Shown in pieces: positions 21,501 through 31,738 of a DNA stretch of 64,000 bases. The DNA comes from Carpediemonas membranifera BICM. Its lineage: Eukaryota; Protista; Fornicata. Below the pieces are notes generated by a model. It saw nothing but the letters and a program-made list of their open reading frames with translations. It was not told where the DNA came from and searched no databases. Within the stretch, counting starts at the first letter, position 1; each line of letters begins with the position of its first letter. A program made the position numbers and the translations under genes. The stretch is taken from positions 14,635 through 78,634 of the forward strand of contig JAHDYR010000038.1 in NCBI GenBank assembly GCA_019828565.1, written 5' to 3'.

Positions 21501-24500
21501 GGTGCGCGATCACGTCCTCGTGCTCGGCCTGCTGCTGCTCGATGTTGGCCTGGGCGACGTGGAGGCTCGCCAGGAGGTCCGCGTTCTTCTCGCGCGTAGT
21601 CTCGTTCGCGGCGGCCTGGCGCTTGACCTCAGCCTGGCTCGCCTCGAGATCGGCGACCTTCTGCACGACTTCGTTCTTGCGCGCCTCGAGCTCGCTCTTG
21701 AGGCCCTCGACCTCGCGGCGCAGGGCGTTGCGCTCCTGGTCGACAAGCTCAGCGTCGTCCTCGCGCTGCAGGATCGTCTGCTCCAGGTCGAAGGTGCGGT
21801 CTTGGAACTGGCGCTTCAACTCGCGGACCTCTTCCTGAAGCTGCTTGCGTTCTTCCTCGAACTCGGCAGCCTTCGCGGCGGCAGTCTCCTGCATCCGGAT
21901 GATCTGCGACTTGAGGTCGGCGATCTCACGCGTCTTCTCGGGCAGGGTCTTGCTCTCGAGGTTCTTGGCCTTGCCGCGCAGAGCCTCCATCTCGGTGACC
22001 TGCTCAGCGAGCGTCTCAGCGCGGGAGCTGACGGCCTCGCGCTGCTCTTCTGCTTCGCGCAGGCGGCGCTTCGTGTCGTCGATCTCGTCGCGGAGGTGCG
22101 CGATCACGTCCTCGTGCTCGGCCTGCTGCTGCTCGATGTTGGCCTGGGCGACGTGGAGGCTCGCCAGGAGGTCCGCGTTCTTCTCGCGCGTAGTCTCGTT
22201 CGCGGCGGCCTGGCGCTTGACCTCAGCCTGGCTCGCCTCGAGATCGGCGACCTTCTGCACGACTTCGTTCTTGCGCGCCTCGAGCTCGCTCTTGAGGCCC
22301 TCGACCTCGCGGCGCAGGGCGTTGCGCTCCTGGTCGACAAGCTCAGCGTCGTCCTCGCGCTGCAGGATCGTCTGCTCCAGGTCGAAGGTGCGGTCTTGGA
22401 ACTGGCGCTTCAACTCGCGGACCTCTTCCTGAAGCTGCTTGCGTTCTTCCTCGAACTCGGCAGCCTTCGCGGCGGCAGTCTCCTGCATCCGGATGATCTG
22501 CGACTTGAGGTCGGCGATCTCACGCGTCTTCTCGGGCAGGGTCTTGCTCTCGAGGTTCTTGGCCTTGCCGCGCAGAGCCTCCATCTCGGTGACCTGCTCA
22601 GCGAGCGTCTCAGCGCGGGAGCTGACAGCCTCGCGCTGCTCTTCTGCTTCGCGCAGGCGGCGCTTCGTGTCGTCGATCTCGTCGCGGAGGTGCGCGATCA
22701 CGTTCTCGTGCTCGGCCTGCTGCTGCTCGATGTTGGCCTGGGCGACGTGGAGGCTCGCCAGGAGGTCCGCGTTCTTCTCGCGCGTAGTCTCGTTCGCGGC
22801 GGCCTGGCGCTTGACCTCAGCCTGGCTCGCCTCGAGATCGGCGACCTTCTGCACGACTTCGTTCTTGCGCGCCTCGAGCTCGCCCTTGAGGCCCTCGACC
22901 TCGCGGCGCAGGGCGTTGCGCTCCTGGTCGACAAGCTCAGCGTCGTCCTCGCGCTGCAGGATCGTCTGCTCCAGGTCGAAGGTGCAGTCTTGGAACTGGC
23001 GCTTCAACTCGCGGACCTCTTCCTGAAGCTGCTTGCGTTCTTCCTCGAACTCGGCAGCCTTCGCGGCGGCAGTCTCCTGCATCCGGATGATCTGCGACTT
23101 GAGGTCGGCGATCTCACGCGTCTTCTCGGGCAGGGTCTTGCTCTCGAGGTTCTTGGCCTTGCCGCGCAGAGCCTCCATCTCGGTGACCTGCTCAGCGAGC
23201 GTCTCAGCGCGGGAGCTGACGGCCTCGCGCTGCTCTTCTGCTTCGCGCAGGCGGCGCTTCGTGTCGTCGATCTCGTCGCGGAGGTGCGCGATCACGTCCT
23301 CGTGCTCGGCCTGCTGCTGCTCGATGTTGGCCTGGGCGACGTGGAGGCTCGCCAGGAGGTCCGCGTTCTTCTCGCGCGTAGTCTCGTTCGCGGCGGCCTG
23401 GCGCTTGACCTCAGCCTGGCTCGCCTCGAGATCGGCGACCTTCTGCACGACTTCGTTCTTGCGCGCCTCGAGCTCGCTCTTGAGGCCCTCGACCTCGCGG
23501 CGCAGGGCGTTGCGCTCCTGGTCGACAAGCTCAGCGTCGTCCTCGCGCTGCAGGATCGTCTGCTCCAGGTCGAAGGTGCGGTCTTGGAACTGGCGCTTCA
23601 ACTCGCGGACCTCTTCCTGAAGCTGCTTGCGTTCTTCCTCGAACTCGGCAGCCTTCGCGGCGGCAGTCTCCTGCATCCGGATGATCTGCGACTTGAGGTC
23701 GGCGATCTCACGCGTCTTCTCGGGCAGGGTCTTGCTCTCGAGGTTCTTGGCCTTGCCGCGCAGAGCCTCCATCTCGGTGACCTGCTCAGCGAGCGTCTCA
23801 GCGCGGGAGCTGACAGCCTCGCGCTGCTCTTCTGCTTCGCGCAGGCGGCGCTTCGTGTCGTCGATCTCGTCGCGGAGGTGCGCGATCACGTCCTCGTGCT
23901 CGGCCTGCTGCTGCTCGATGTTGGCCTGGGCGACGTGGAGGCTCGCCAGGAGGTCCGCGTTCTTCTCGCGCGTAGTCTCGTTCGCGGCGGCCTGGCGCTT
24001 GACCTCAGCCTGGCTCGCCTCGAGATCGGCGACCTTCTGCACGACTTCGTTCTTGCGCGCCTCGAGCTCGCTCTTGAGGCCCTCGACCTCGCGGCGCAGG
24101 GCGTTGCGCTCCTGGTCGACAAGCTCAGCGTCGTCCTCGCGCTGCAGGATCGTCTGCTCCAGGTCGAAGGTGCAGTCTTGGAACTGGCGCTTCAACTCGC
24201 GGACCTCTTCCTGAAGCTGCTTGCGTTCTTCCTCGAACTCGGCAGCCTTCGCGGCGGCAGTCTCCTGCATCCGGATGATCTGCGACTTGAGGTCGGCGAT
24301 CTCACGCGTCTTCTCGGGCAGGGTCTTGCTCTCGAGGTTCTTGGCCTTGCCGCGCAGAGCCTCCATCTCGGTGACCTGCTCAGCGAGCGTCTCAGCGCGG
24401 GAGCTGACAGCCTCGCGCTGCTCTTCTGCTTCGCGCAGGCGGCGCTTCGTGTCGTCGATCTCGTCGCGGAGGTGCGCGATCACGTCCTCGTGCTCGGCCT

Positions 24501-27500
24501 GCTGCTGCTCGATGTTGGCCTGGGCGACGTGGAGGCTCGCCAGGAGGTCCGCGTTCTTCTCGCGCGTAGTCTCGTTCGCGGCGGCCTGGCGCTTGACCTC
24601 AGCCTGGCTCGCCTCGAGATCGGCGACCTTCTGCACGACTTCGTTCTTGCGCGCCTCGAGCTCGCTCTTGAGGCCCTCGACCTCGCGGCGCAGGGCGTTG
24701 CGCTCCTGTGCGACAAGCTCAGCGTCGCCATCACGCTGCAGGATCGTCTGCTCCAGGTCGAAGGTGCGGTCTTGGAACTGGCACTTTAACTCGCGAACCT
24801 CTTCCTGAAGCTGCTTGCGTTCTTCATCGAACTCGGCAGCCTTCGCGGCGGCAGTTTCCTGTATCTCGATGATCTGCGACTTGAGGTCGGCGATCTCACG
24901 CGTCTTCTCGGGCAGGGTCTTGCTCTCGAGGTTCTTGGCCTTGCCGCGCAGAGCCTCCATCTCGGTGACCTGCTCAGCGAGCGTCTCAGCGCGGGAGCTG
25001 ACGGCCTCGCGCTGCTCTTCTGCTTCGCGCAGGCGGCGCTTCGTGTCGTCGATCTCGTCGCGGAGGTGCGCGATCACGTCCTCGTGCTCGGCCTGCTGCT
25101 GCTCGATGTTGGCCTGGGCGACGTGGAGGCTCGCCAGGAGGTCCGCGTTCTTCTCGCGCGTAGTCTCGTTCGCGGCGGCCTGGCGCTTGACCTCAGCCTG
25201 GCTCGCCTCGAGATCGGCGACCTTCTGCACGACTTCGTTCTTGCGCGCCTCGAGCTCGCTCTTGAGGCCCTCGACCTCGCGGCGCAGGGCGTTGCGCTCC
25301 TGGTCGACAAGCTCAGCGTCGTCCTCGCGCTGCAGGATCGTCTGCTCCAGGTCGAAGGTGCGGTCTTGGAACTGGCGCTTCAACTCGCGGACCTCTTCCT
25401 GAAGCTGCTTGCGTTCTTCCTCGAACTCGGCAGCCTTCGCGGCGGCAGTCTCCTGCATCCGGATGATCTGCGACTTGAGGTCGGCGATCTCACGCGTCTT
25501 CTCGGGCAGGGTCTTGCTCTCGAGGTTCTTGGCCTTGCCGCGCAGAGCCTCCATCTCGGTGACCTGCTCAGCGAGCGTCTCAGCGCGGGAGCTGACAGCC
25601 TCGCGCTGCTCTTCTGCTTCGCGCAGGCGGCGCTTCGTGTCGTCGATCTCGTCGCGGAGGTGCGCGATCACGTCCTCGTGCTCGGCCTGCTGCTGCTCGA
25701 TGTTGGCCTGGGCGACGTGGAGGCTCGCCAGGAGGTCCGCGTTCTTCTCGCGCGTAGTCTCGTTTGCGGCGGCCTGGCGCTTGACCTCAGCCTGGCTCGC
25801 CTCGAGATCGGCGACCTTCTGCACGACTTCGTTCTTGCGCGCCTCGAGCTCGCTCTTGAGGCCCTCGACCTCGCGGCGCAGGGCGTTGCGCTCCTGGTCG
25901 ACAAGCTCAGCGTCGTCCTCGCGCTGCAGGATCGTCTGCTCCAGGTCGAAGGTGCGGTCTTGGAACTGGCGCTTCAACTCGCGGACCTCTTCCTGAAGCT
26001 GCTTGCGTTCTTCCTCGAACTCGGCAGCCTTCGCGGCGGCAGTCTCCTGCATCCGGATGATCTGCGACTTGAGGTCGGCGATCTCACGCGTCTTCTCGGG
26101 CAGGGTCTTGCTCTCGAGGTTCTTGGCCTTGCCGCGCAGAGCCTCCATCTCGGTGACCTGCTCAGCGAGCGTCTCAGCGCGGGAGCTGACAGCCTCGCGC
26201 TGCTCTTCTGCTTCGCGCAGGCGGCGCTTCGTGTCGTCGATCTCGTCGCGGAGGTGCGCGATCACGTCCTCGTGCTCGGCCTGCTGCTGCTCGATGTTGG
26301 CCTGGGCGACGTGGAGGCTCGCCAGGAGGTCCGCGTTCTTCTCGCGCGTAGTCTCGTTCGCGGCGGCCTGGCGCTTGACCTCAGCCTGGCTCGCCTCGAG
26401 ATCGGCGACCTTCTGCACGACTTCGTTCTTGCGCGCCTCGAGCTCGCTCTTGAGGCCCTCGACCTCGCGGCGCAGGGCGTTGCGCTCCTGGTCGACAAGC
26501 TCAGCGTCGTCCTCGCGCTGCAGGATCGTCTGCTCCAGGTCGAAGGTGCGGTCTTGGAACTGGCGCTTCAACTCGCGGACCTCTTCCTGAAGCTGCTTGC
26601 GTTCTTCCTCGAACTCGGCAGCCTTCGCGGCGGCAGTCTCCTGCATCCGGATGATCTGCGACTTGAGGTCGGCGATCTCACGCGTCTTCTCGGGCAGGGT
26701 CTTGCTCTCGGGGTTCTTGGCCTTGCCGCGCAGAGCCTCCATCTCGGTGACCTGCTCAGCGAGCGTCTCAGCGCGGGAGCTGACAGCCTCGCGCTGCTCT
26801 TCTGCTTCGCGCAGGCGGCGCTTCGTGTCGTCGATCTCGTCGCGGAGGTGCGCGATCACGTCCTCGTGCTCGGCCTGCTGCTGCTCGATGTTGGCCTGGG
26901 CGACGTGGAGGCTCGCCAGGAGGTCCGCGTTCTTCTCGCGCGTAGTCTCGTTCGCGGCGGCCTGGCGCTTGACCTCAGCCTGGCTCGCCTCGAGATCGGC
27001 GACCTTCTGCACGACTTCGTTCTTGCGCGCCTCGAGCTCGCCCTTGAGGCCCTCGACCTCGCGGCGCAGGGCGTTGCGCTCCTGGTCGACAATCCCGTCT
27101 CGGCCCGACTTTTCTGCACGGGTGCTCTCAAGTCGCCGCTTCAACTCACGGATTTCCCCCTCGCGTTCGGCCAAAATCTTCTCATTTGACCGAGAAGCTG
27201 TCTTGAGATCAGCGATTTCACGTCTAAGATCCTCGTTCAGGTCCAGTGTCTTGACGAGCTCTTCGCCATAGAGCTTCGTCGTCAGGCCTCGGTGCTGGTC
27301 CCGCTCATGTTTCATGTCCTTCAATTGACGCTGTAGCACTGAAATCTTGGCAGTGGTGTGGGTGTCGGCAGACTCTGTGATGTCTGGCGATGGCGCACTT
27401 CCGTCAGTCATCAGTCCCACCTCCACAGTCGCTGGCCGGTCCTGGTCGCCGAGATTCAACCGATAGTAATCTAGTTCAGTCTTGAGAGTTGCATTCTCCT

Positions 27501-27666
27501 CGGACAGGGTTCTGTTCTGTGCGGAGATCTTCTTCAGGAGCTCATGGTCTGTTTCGAACCTCCGGTTCAGCTTAGCGTACTCCCCATTGGCAATTGACAA
27601 CCGCTTCCTTGTTTTTTCCAGCTGCTGCCGCAAATTCGGGGTCTCTGTGGACCCGTTGCGGCTCAT
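18532..27666 (-). CDS. Giant coiled-coil protein (3044 aa) built on 198-aa tandem repeats
   Basis: Uninterrupted ORF with E/K/Q/R/A/L heptad-rich sequence and unique N- and C-termini. Confidence 0.85.
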   Translation of the reverse strand: MSRNGSTETPNLRQQLEKTRKRLSIANGEYAKLNRRFETDHELLKKISAQNRTLSEENATLKTELDYYRLNLGDQDRPATVEVGLMTDGSAPSPDITESADTHTTAKISVLQRQLKDMKHERDQHRGLTTKLYGEELVKTLDLNEDLRREIADLKTASRSNEKILAEREGEIRELKRRLESTRAEKSGRDGIVDQERNALRREVEGLKGELEARKNEVVQKVADLEASQAEVKRQAAANETTREKNADLLASLHVAQANIEQQQAEHEDVIAHLRDEIDDTKRRLREAEEQREAVSSRAETLAEQVTEMEALRGKAKNPESKTLPEKTREIADLKSQIIRMQETAAAKAAEFEEERKQLQEEVRELKRQFQDRTFDLEQTILQREDDAELVDQERNALRREVEGLKSELEARKNEVVQKVADLEASQAEVKRQAAANETTREKNADLLASLHVAQANIEQQQAEHEDVIAHLRDEIDDTKRRLREAEEQREAVSSRAETLAEQVTEMEALRGKAKNLESKTLPEKTREIADLKSQIIRMQETAAAKAAEFEEERKQLQEEVRELKRQFQDRTFDLEQTILQREDDAELVDQERNALRREVEGLKSELEARKNEVVQKVADLEASQAEVKRQAAANETTREKNADLLASLHVAQANIEQQQAEHEDVIAHLRDEIDDTKRRLREAEEQREAVSSRAETLAEQVTEMEALRGKAKNLESKTLPEKTREIADLKSQIIRMQETAAAKAAEFEEERKQLQEEVRELKRQFQDRTFDLEQTILQREDDAELVDQERNALRREVEGLKSELEARKNEVVQKVADLEASQAEVKRQAAANETTREKNADLLASLHVAQANIEQQQAEHEDVIAHLRDEIDDTKRRLREAEEQREAVSSRAETLAEQVTEMEALRGKAKNLESKTLPEKTREIADLKSQIIEIQETAAAKAAEFDEERKQLQEEVRELKCQFQDRTFDLEQTILQRDGDAELVAQERNALRREVEGLKSELEARKNEVVQKVADLEASQAEVKRQAAANETTREKNADLLASLHVAQANIEQQQAEHEDVIAHLRDEIDDTKRRLREAEEQREAVSSRAETLAEQVTEMEALRGKAKNLESKTLPEKTREIADLKSQIIRMQETAAAKAAEFEEERKQLQEEVRELKRQFQDCTFDLEQTILQREDDAELVDQERNALRREVEGLKSELEARKNEVVQKVADLEASQAEVKRQAAANETTREKNADLLASLHVAQANIEQQQAEHEDVIAHLRDEIDDTKRRLREAEEQREAVSSRAETLAEQVTEMEALRGKAKNLESKTLPEKTREIADLKSQIIRMQETAAAKAAEFEEERKQLQEEVRELKRQFQDRTFDLEQTILQREDDAELVDQERNALRREVEGLKSELEARKNEVVQKVADLEASQAEVKRQAAANETTREKNADLLASLHVAQANIEQQQAEHEDVIAHLRDEIDDTKRRLREAEEQREAVSSRAETLAEQVTEMEALRGKAKNLESKTLPEKTREIADLKSQIIRMQETAAAKAAEFEEERKQLQEEVRELKRQFQDCTFDLEQTILQREDDAELVDQERNALRREVEGLKGELEARKNEVVQKVADLEASQAEVKRQAAANETTREKNADLLASLHVAQANIEQQQAEHENVIAHLRDEIDDTKRRLREAEEQREAVSSRAETLAEQVTEMEALRGKAKNLESKTLPEKTREIADLKSQIIRMQETAAAKAAEFEEERKQLQEEVRELKRQFQDRTFDLEQTILQREDDAELVDQERNALRREVEGLKSELEARKNEVVQKVADLEASQAEVKRQAAANETTREKNADLLASLHVAQANIEQQQAEHEDVIAHLRDEIDDTKRRLREAEEQREAVSSRAETLAEQVTEMEALRGKAKNLESKTLPEKTREIADLKSQIIRMQETAAAKAAEFEEERKQLQEEVRELKRQFQDRTFDLEQTILQREDDAELVDQERNALRREVEGLKSELEARKNEVVQKVADLEASQAEVKRQAAANETTREKNADLLASLHVAQANIEQQQAEHEDVIAHLRDEIDDTKRRLREAEEQREAVSSRAETLAEQVTEMEALRGKAKNLESKTLPEKTREIADLKSQIIRMQETAAAKAAEFEEERKQLQEEVRELKRQFQDRTFDLEQTILQREDDAELVDQERNALRREVEGLKSELEARKNEVVQKVADLEASQAEVKRQAAANETTREKNADLLASLHVAQANIEQQQAEHEDVIAHLRDEIDDTKRRLREAEEQREAVSSRAETLAEQVTEMEALRGKAKNLESKTLPEKTREIADLKSQIIRMQETAAAKAAEFEEERKQLQEEVRELKRQFQDRTFDLEQTILQREDDAELVDQERNALRREVEGLKSELEARKNEVVQKVADLEASQAEVKRQAAANETTREKNADLLASLHVAQANIEQQQAEHENVIAHLRDEIDDTKRRLREAEEQREAVSSRAETLAEQVTEMEALRGKAKNLESKTLPEKTREIADLKSQIIRMQETAAAKAAEFEEERKQLQEEVRELKCQFQDRTFDLEQTILQRDGDAELVAQERNALRREVEGLKSELEARKNEVVQKVADLEASQAEVKRQAAANETTREKSADLLASLHVAQANIEQQQAEHENVIAHLRDEIDDTKRRLREAEEQREAVSSRAETLAEQVTEMEALRGKAKNLESKTLPEKTREIADLKSQIIRMQETAAAKAAEFEEERKQLQEEVRELKRQFQDRTFDLEQTILQREDDAELVDQERNALRREVEGLKSELEARKNEVVQKVADLEAISADLQAVSLINQRQGEESAEVIADLTARLNAVTELEATRAKDLAAETERVKELERIVERQASHVEELEELLASGREELVTTIAQLRDENMALISAQHSGHAASHVAAASSQIRALDAQLRQKKWLRSLVVQVETIRQQERARGVADGDAIDVVVLSYRDHADNVRAKVAAEREVKRLRAGGSTDNTDYLMKRVEVLERKLRHRDTALAKLDPKHVSSPFPHDHTGMESVLKRSRSGDFNFSS
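19265..27092. repeat. Tandem array of ~13.2 near-identical 594-bp units (coding macrosatellite)
   Basis: Exact 594-bp period is visible in the sequence and in the ORF track. Confidence 0.97.
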
Positions 27667-27767
27667 GGCGTCAAGTGTCGTGGTGCACTTTTAGAAATTC
27701 TGCGGCGACAAAGGCATACTACGCGCCATGCAGACAGCAGAGACGCATGGGACTCTATTTATCACAC

Positions 27768-29171
27768 TCACTTGCCAAGACGGGACACCAAATAGCGGTT
27801 GATGTCGGCCGTCACGGAGTCGTCCACGCGACTCTCGCCCCCACCAGCCGCCGCCCGCTCCACCGCGGCCTGCATCTCACGTTCGGATGGCAGCCGCACG
27901 GTTCGTCCGCTCCTGTTGTCGGCAGACAGGGATCCGTACCTTGTCACGAGCTCCGCGGCGAGGAGCTCCGCCGCTCCCATAGGAAGGGCTGCCAGCGCGC
28001 CCAAGATCGTGTCGCATGTCTCAGCGGCTTGTGGGTGGTTTGTGCCAACGGCCTTGAGGGCTGGGGCGAAGACCTCCTTCATCACGGCTGAGGAGGAGTC
28101 GGCCTCCCCGTCACTGGTCTCGTCCCGCTCGGAATTCACAATGGCAGACGGACGAACGGCGACCGTGCCCATGGCAGGGATGGACGGCAGCGGTGCAGTG
28201 GGGCGTTGGGCGACCGTGCCAGCTGGCTCGAGGCCGTCGTCGTCGGACGAGTCGAAGTCCCACGCCACCTCGGGCTTTACCGCATCAGCAGATGCCGGTA
28301 AGGGTGTCGCCTTGGTCGTGGCAGAGCTCTTGACCTGGCCCCGCTCCACGAGGTCCTGCAGGGTCGCCAGCCGGCCGGCGTTCCTGATGAACTTGTGCTT
28401 GAGCAGCTCTGCCGCGCTAGATCTCCGCTCGGGGTCCTTGACCAGGCACTGGGCGAGGAAGTCGTGGAATGACCGGTCCCAGCGCTTCTCGTCCTCGAGG
28501 CGGGGCGGGTCGACGTTGGGCTTGGGGATGATCATCAGGGCCTTCATCGGGTGCATCTCAGAGAACGGCGGGGCGCCCTCGGCCATTTCTATGGCAGTGA
28601 TCCCCAGACTCCAGATGTCGGCCTTGACGTCATGTCCGGCCTGACTGATCACCTCTGGGGCCATCCAGTAGGGCGTCCCGATGAACGTGTTCCGCTTGGA
28701 CATGGTATCCGTAATCTGCCCAGAGACACCAAAGTCGGCGAGCTTGACCTTCCCGCCCTCGGACAGCAGCAGATTGGCCGCTTTGATGTCGCGGTGGATC
28801 TTATTCGACGAGTGAAGGTATTTCAACGCTGAAAGGACCTCGCGCATGATGATGGCGATGTATGCTTCTGAGATATCGGTCTGTTGCATTATGTCGAAAA
28901 CAGATCCACCGCCAAGGTACTCCATGACGATCGAGAGGCGTGTCCCCTCAATGAAGGAGCCGTAATAGCGTGTAACATAGTCTGATTCAAGCTCAGACAG
29001 GATAGAGATCTCCTTCCTAATGTCCTCAATGTCGTCGTCTGCCTCTTCAAGGTCAATGTTCTTAATTGCAACGATTTCTTGCGTTCGTTTGTTCATAGCT
29101 TTCCAAACTTCACCGAACGACCCTTTACCCACCATTTCTAGATAGGAAAAGTCGGCACTGTTCAGATTCAT
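27768..29171 (-). CDS. STE20-family Ser/Thr kinase (GCK-III, STK24/STK25/MST4-like)
   Basis: [33 protein letters not shown]; ATG of MNLNSADF at 29171. Confidence 0.95.
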   Translation of the reverse strand: MNLNSADFSYLEMVGKGSFGEVWKAMNKRTQEIVAIKNIDLEEADDDIEDIRKEISILSELESDYVTRYYGSFIEGTRLSIVMEYLGGGSVFDIMQQTDISEAYIAIIMREVLSALKYLHSSNKIHRDIKAANLLLSEGGKVKLADFGVSGQITDTMSKRNTFIGTPYWMAPEVISQAGHDVKADIWSLGITAIEMAEGAPPFSEMHPMKALMIIPKPNVDPPRLEDEKRWDRSFHDFLAQCLVKDPERRSSAAELLKHKFIRNAGRLATLQDLVERGQVKSSATTKATPLPASADAVKPEVAWDFDSSDDDGLEPAGTVAQRPTAPLPSIPAMGTVAVRPSAIVNSERDETSDGEADSSSAVMKEVFAPALKAVGTNHPQAAETCDTILGALAALPMGAAELLAAELVTRYGSLSADNRSGRTVRLPSEREMQAAVERAAAGGGESRVDDSVTADINRYLVSRLGK

Positions 29172-29247
29172 CTGCAGGTGGCGTTCGGTTTTGATGTTCC
29201 CGTTTTTGCATAAAAAAAAGAGCACCAAAAAGCTGAATAAACCTCGC

Positions 29248-30057
29248 CTAGCGCCGGTGTTTACGTAATATTTGCCAGGCCAATGGATCTCTAGGCTCCT
29301 CATCTCCATACATGACGCGCCTGATGCCGTCTGCCTCGCTCATAAGCCCGCTGTCTGCGGCAACAGGGTCGACTGCCCCGATCGACAGCAGACCAGACTC
29401 AAGCGACTCCGCCAGCTCAAAGAGCGCCGTGTCCCTGGTGGCATCCTTCCACGCGGGAATGACTATGTTCTGCGTGGGCACGAACCAGCCTGACCCCCGA
29501 GAAGCTGAGAGAAGCGTAACGTCATCACGCCCATTCAGGAATTTTGGTGAAACCACCTTGCGAGACCACCACCGGCCACGCTTGAGGCTGGGGTGCTTAT
29601 CAATTGTGCGGGTAACAACCTTCCCCGCCGGGTCGATGCCTGTGACGATATTCTTCGCCATGGCGGCCGGGTATGAGGTGTACAACACAACGTCATACCT
29701 TCCAGTCAATGCATCGATGAACTCGGCGGCTCCTGGGCGCAGTCCGAGGGTTTTGACGCCTCTCTGAAGGTGTTTGCCGATCAAGACAGAATCCATGTCA
29801 ATAATGAGCGTCGGGAGCGTCGCTGGAGCTAGTTGTGATCTCGATTCAGTGAGAATAGATGCAAGACGATGCAATGAAGATGGTGTGAGAAACTGCTTTG
29901 CTGTGTTACTGGCGAATGGTTGTCACGAACCTTCACGGATGCCACGGACGTGATCCTTAAGTACTTCTCGCTTATCCGGGTGATATGCATTAAAACTAAA
30001 GTATCCAGCTGCAACACCGATTGCTACGGCCGTTGTGACGTGCCCACGAGTGACCAT
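29248..30057 (-). CDS. TIM50: Tim50-like protein (N-terminal hydrophobic segment + NIF/FCP1-like HAD domain); 30-nt intron at 29901-29930
   Basis: Exon 1 [22 protein letters not shown]...; [31 protein letters not shown]...DTALFEL. Confidence 0.65.
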
Positions 30058-30310
30058 TGGGGATGTGCAGTTTAAGACGTGGGCCCTGAAGGTCGAACAA
30101 TGTGTTTATACTGCGCAAAAAAACTGCCCTGTCTCCCTCCTACTCACGTCTTAAGTCGGTAGGGAGATCGTCTTCTCCAGGGCTTCCACAAAGCGTCTTC
30201 TTCGTGGACGTCAGTACAGCTGCAAACGTCACAATCGCTCACACGTCGTCTCATTGTATTCAGAATCGAATAAATGGGGGGGGGGGCTGAAGAGGCCTCA
30301 ATATTGAGTA

Positions 30311-31628
30311 TGCCGCGCAGGATAAGAATACTTGAGTCCAAAACACACAGTGATCCAAGCAGCATCAGGATCGCAGTGTGGTTCATCATACTCTATCAAC
30401 CGTGCGCAGCATATCACGCGCGCTGCAGCGCGTGCTTGCTCAACTTAGCAAGTTAATGATAGCGAGGAAGAGCACCTCTCTGGGAGTCGTAGTGGAAAGG
30501 AGATTGCTCTATCTGATCTGAAGTTGCATCGAAGGTGCACCAAAGGATGTTCTCGCTGGCGCTCTTATCTCGGTGAGAGAAATCCACGGTACCAGTGCGA
30601 CCCACCCGCTGCTCCTCGGGCAATGCATGCATTTGAGGATGATACCTGCCATGATCGACGGATATGGCGGCAACCTCAGTGTCGAGCTCGCCTAGTGTGT
30701 CGAGAAAATCCTGTTGAACACCCGGCCGATCATGGAGGAGCGGACGCACCCGTTCTAATCCAGCACGAAGACGGGTCAGGTACCTGGGTGACGCGCGCGA
30801 GAGCCAGACCCGGGTGGCTGTGGAGTACTCACCCAACCAGCGCTGAAATGGCTTTGCCAAACCGACGTACCCGTAGGCAGCCACGAAGTCCTGGACGAGT
30901 GGGGTTATGTCAGGGTCCCTCCACATCGCCAGGTCGCCAATCCACCTGCACCGATCCGCTGCCTTTGCCTTGCACTCTCTTCCCTTGGCAATGCTGACGA
31001 TCTGCTTGAGGACCTCCTGGTCGAACAGGTTGACCGTCCTCGGTGGGGTCAACGCGTGCGCAGATGCAGAGACGCACGCAAGCAGGCAAGTGAATGTGTA
31101 CTTAGCCTGCGTGAAAGAACGCATGCCCGGTTCAAGATTTCCTCGCCGCGGCGCGTTGTTATCGCCTCCGCCGTTAATCTCGCCAATGGCCTTGTTAACG
31201 GAAGCCTTCGCCGTGTATATCTTGGAAGGCATGCAGTCTATTGAGCTGCCTGCATCGATCATTTCTTTTCAGGGTTCATCAGCTAGCAGCATACCTCAAA
31301 ACACAAGAAACCAGCATCATACAACACAAAGCGTCTTTACTACTAGCTACAACCGCTTTCCACCACTAGTGTCTCTCACAGCAGACTAAGATGACGAAGA
31401 CGACGACGACATGAGCTTCAGACGCCGGCAATGGACGACAGATGAGCGCGTAACAGACGAGCACAGACGCGAAAGAAGACAGCAGCGTTCGACACAGACG
31501 ATGGACGACAGACGACGCATCTTTTCGTGCAGACCGACGACTGAAAGCACGACAGACCGATGGCACAGACGAGGGCTGAAGTGGGTGAGTGGAGGTAGTG
31601 TGCCGCGCAGGATAAGAATACTTGAGTC
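30311..31628 (+). repeat. Pair of 28-bp identical direct repeats (30311-30338 and 31601-31628)
   Basis: TGCCGCGCAGGATAAGAATACTTGAGTC occurs twice, 1290 bp apart. Confidence 0.9.
30453..31262 (-). CDS. Hypothetical protein between 28-bp direct repeats
   Basis: 269-aa ORF with no recognised family. Confidence 0.4.
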   Translation of the reverse strand: MIDAGSSIDCMPSKIYTAKASVNKAIGEINGGGDNNAPRRGNLEPGMRSFTQAKYTFTCLLACVSASAHALTPPRTVNLFDQEVLKQIVSIAKGRECKAKAADRCRWIGDLAMWRDPDITPLVQDFVAAYGYVGLAKPFQRWLGEYSTATRVWLSRASPRYLTRLRAGLERVRPLLHDRPGVQQDFLDTLGELDTEVAAISVDHGRYHPQMHALPEEQRVGRTGTVDFSHRDKSASENILWCTFDATSDQIEQSPFHYDSQRGALPRYH

Positions 31629-31738
31629 TAATCATGAACCCCCAGTAAACACCTCTAAACGCTACATTGAGTCGGTCCCTAAGCTGCGAGAAAATTTTGC
31701 ACCTTCTGCAGTCAGCCAAACTCAAGAACTGGCTGATA

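Noticed and set aside
20314-27189. Very long plus-strand Leu-rich ORFs (1491 aa, 707 aa) and repeated 195/78-aa ORFs
   Set aside because: These are antisense or alternate-frame shadows of the GC-biased 594-bp coding repeat.
29172-29309. N-terminal extension of the kinase ORF, and track starts for PP2A (11885) and LINE ORF1 (34752)
   Set aside because: The kinase extension overlaps the neighbouring gene, the PP2A start ignores introns, and the ORF1 start lies outside the TSD-defined element.
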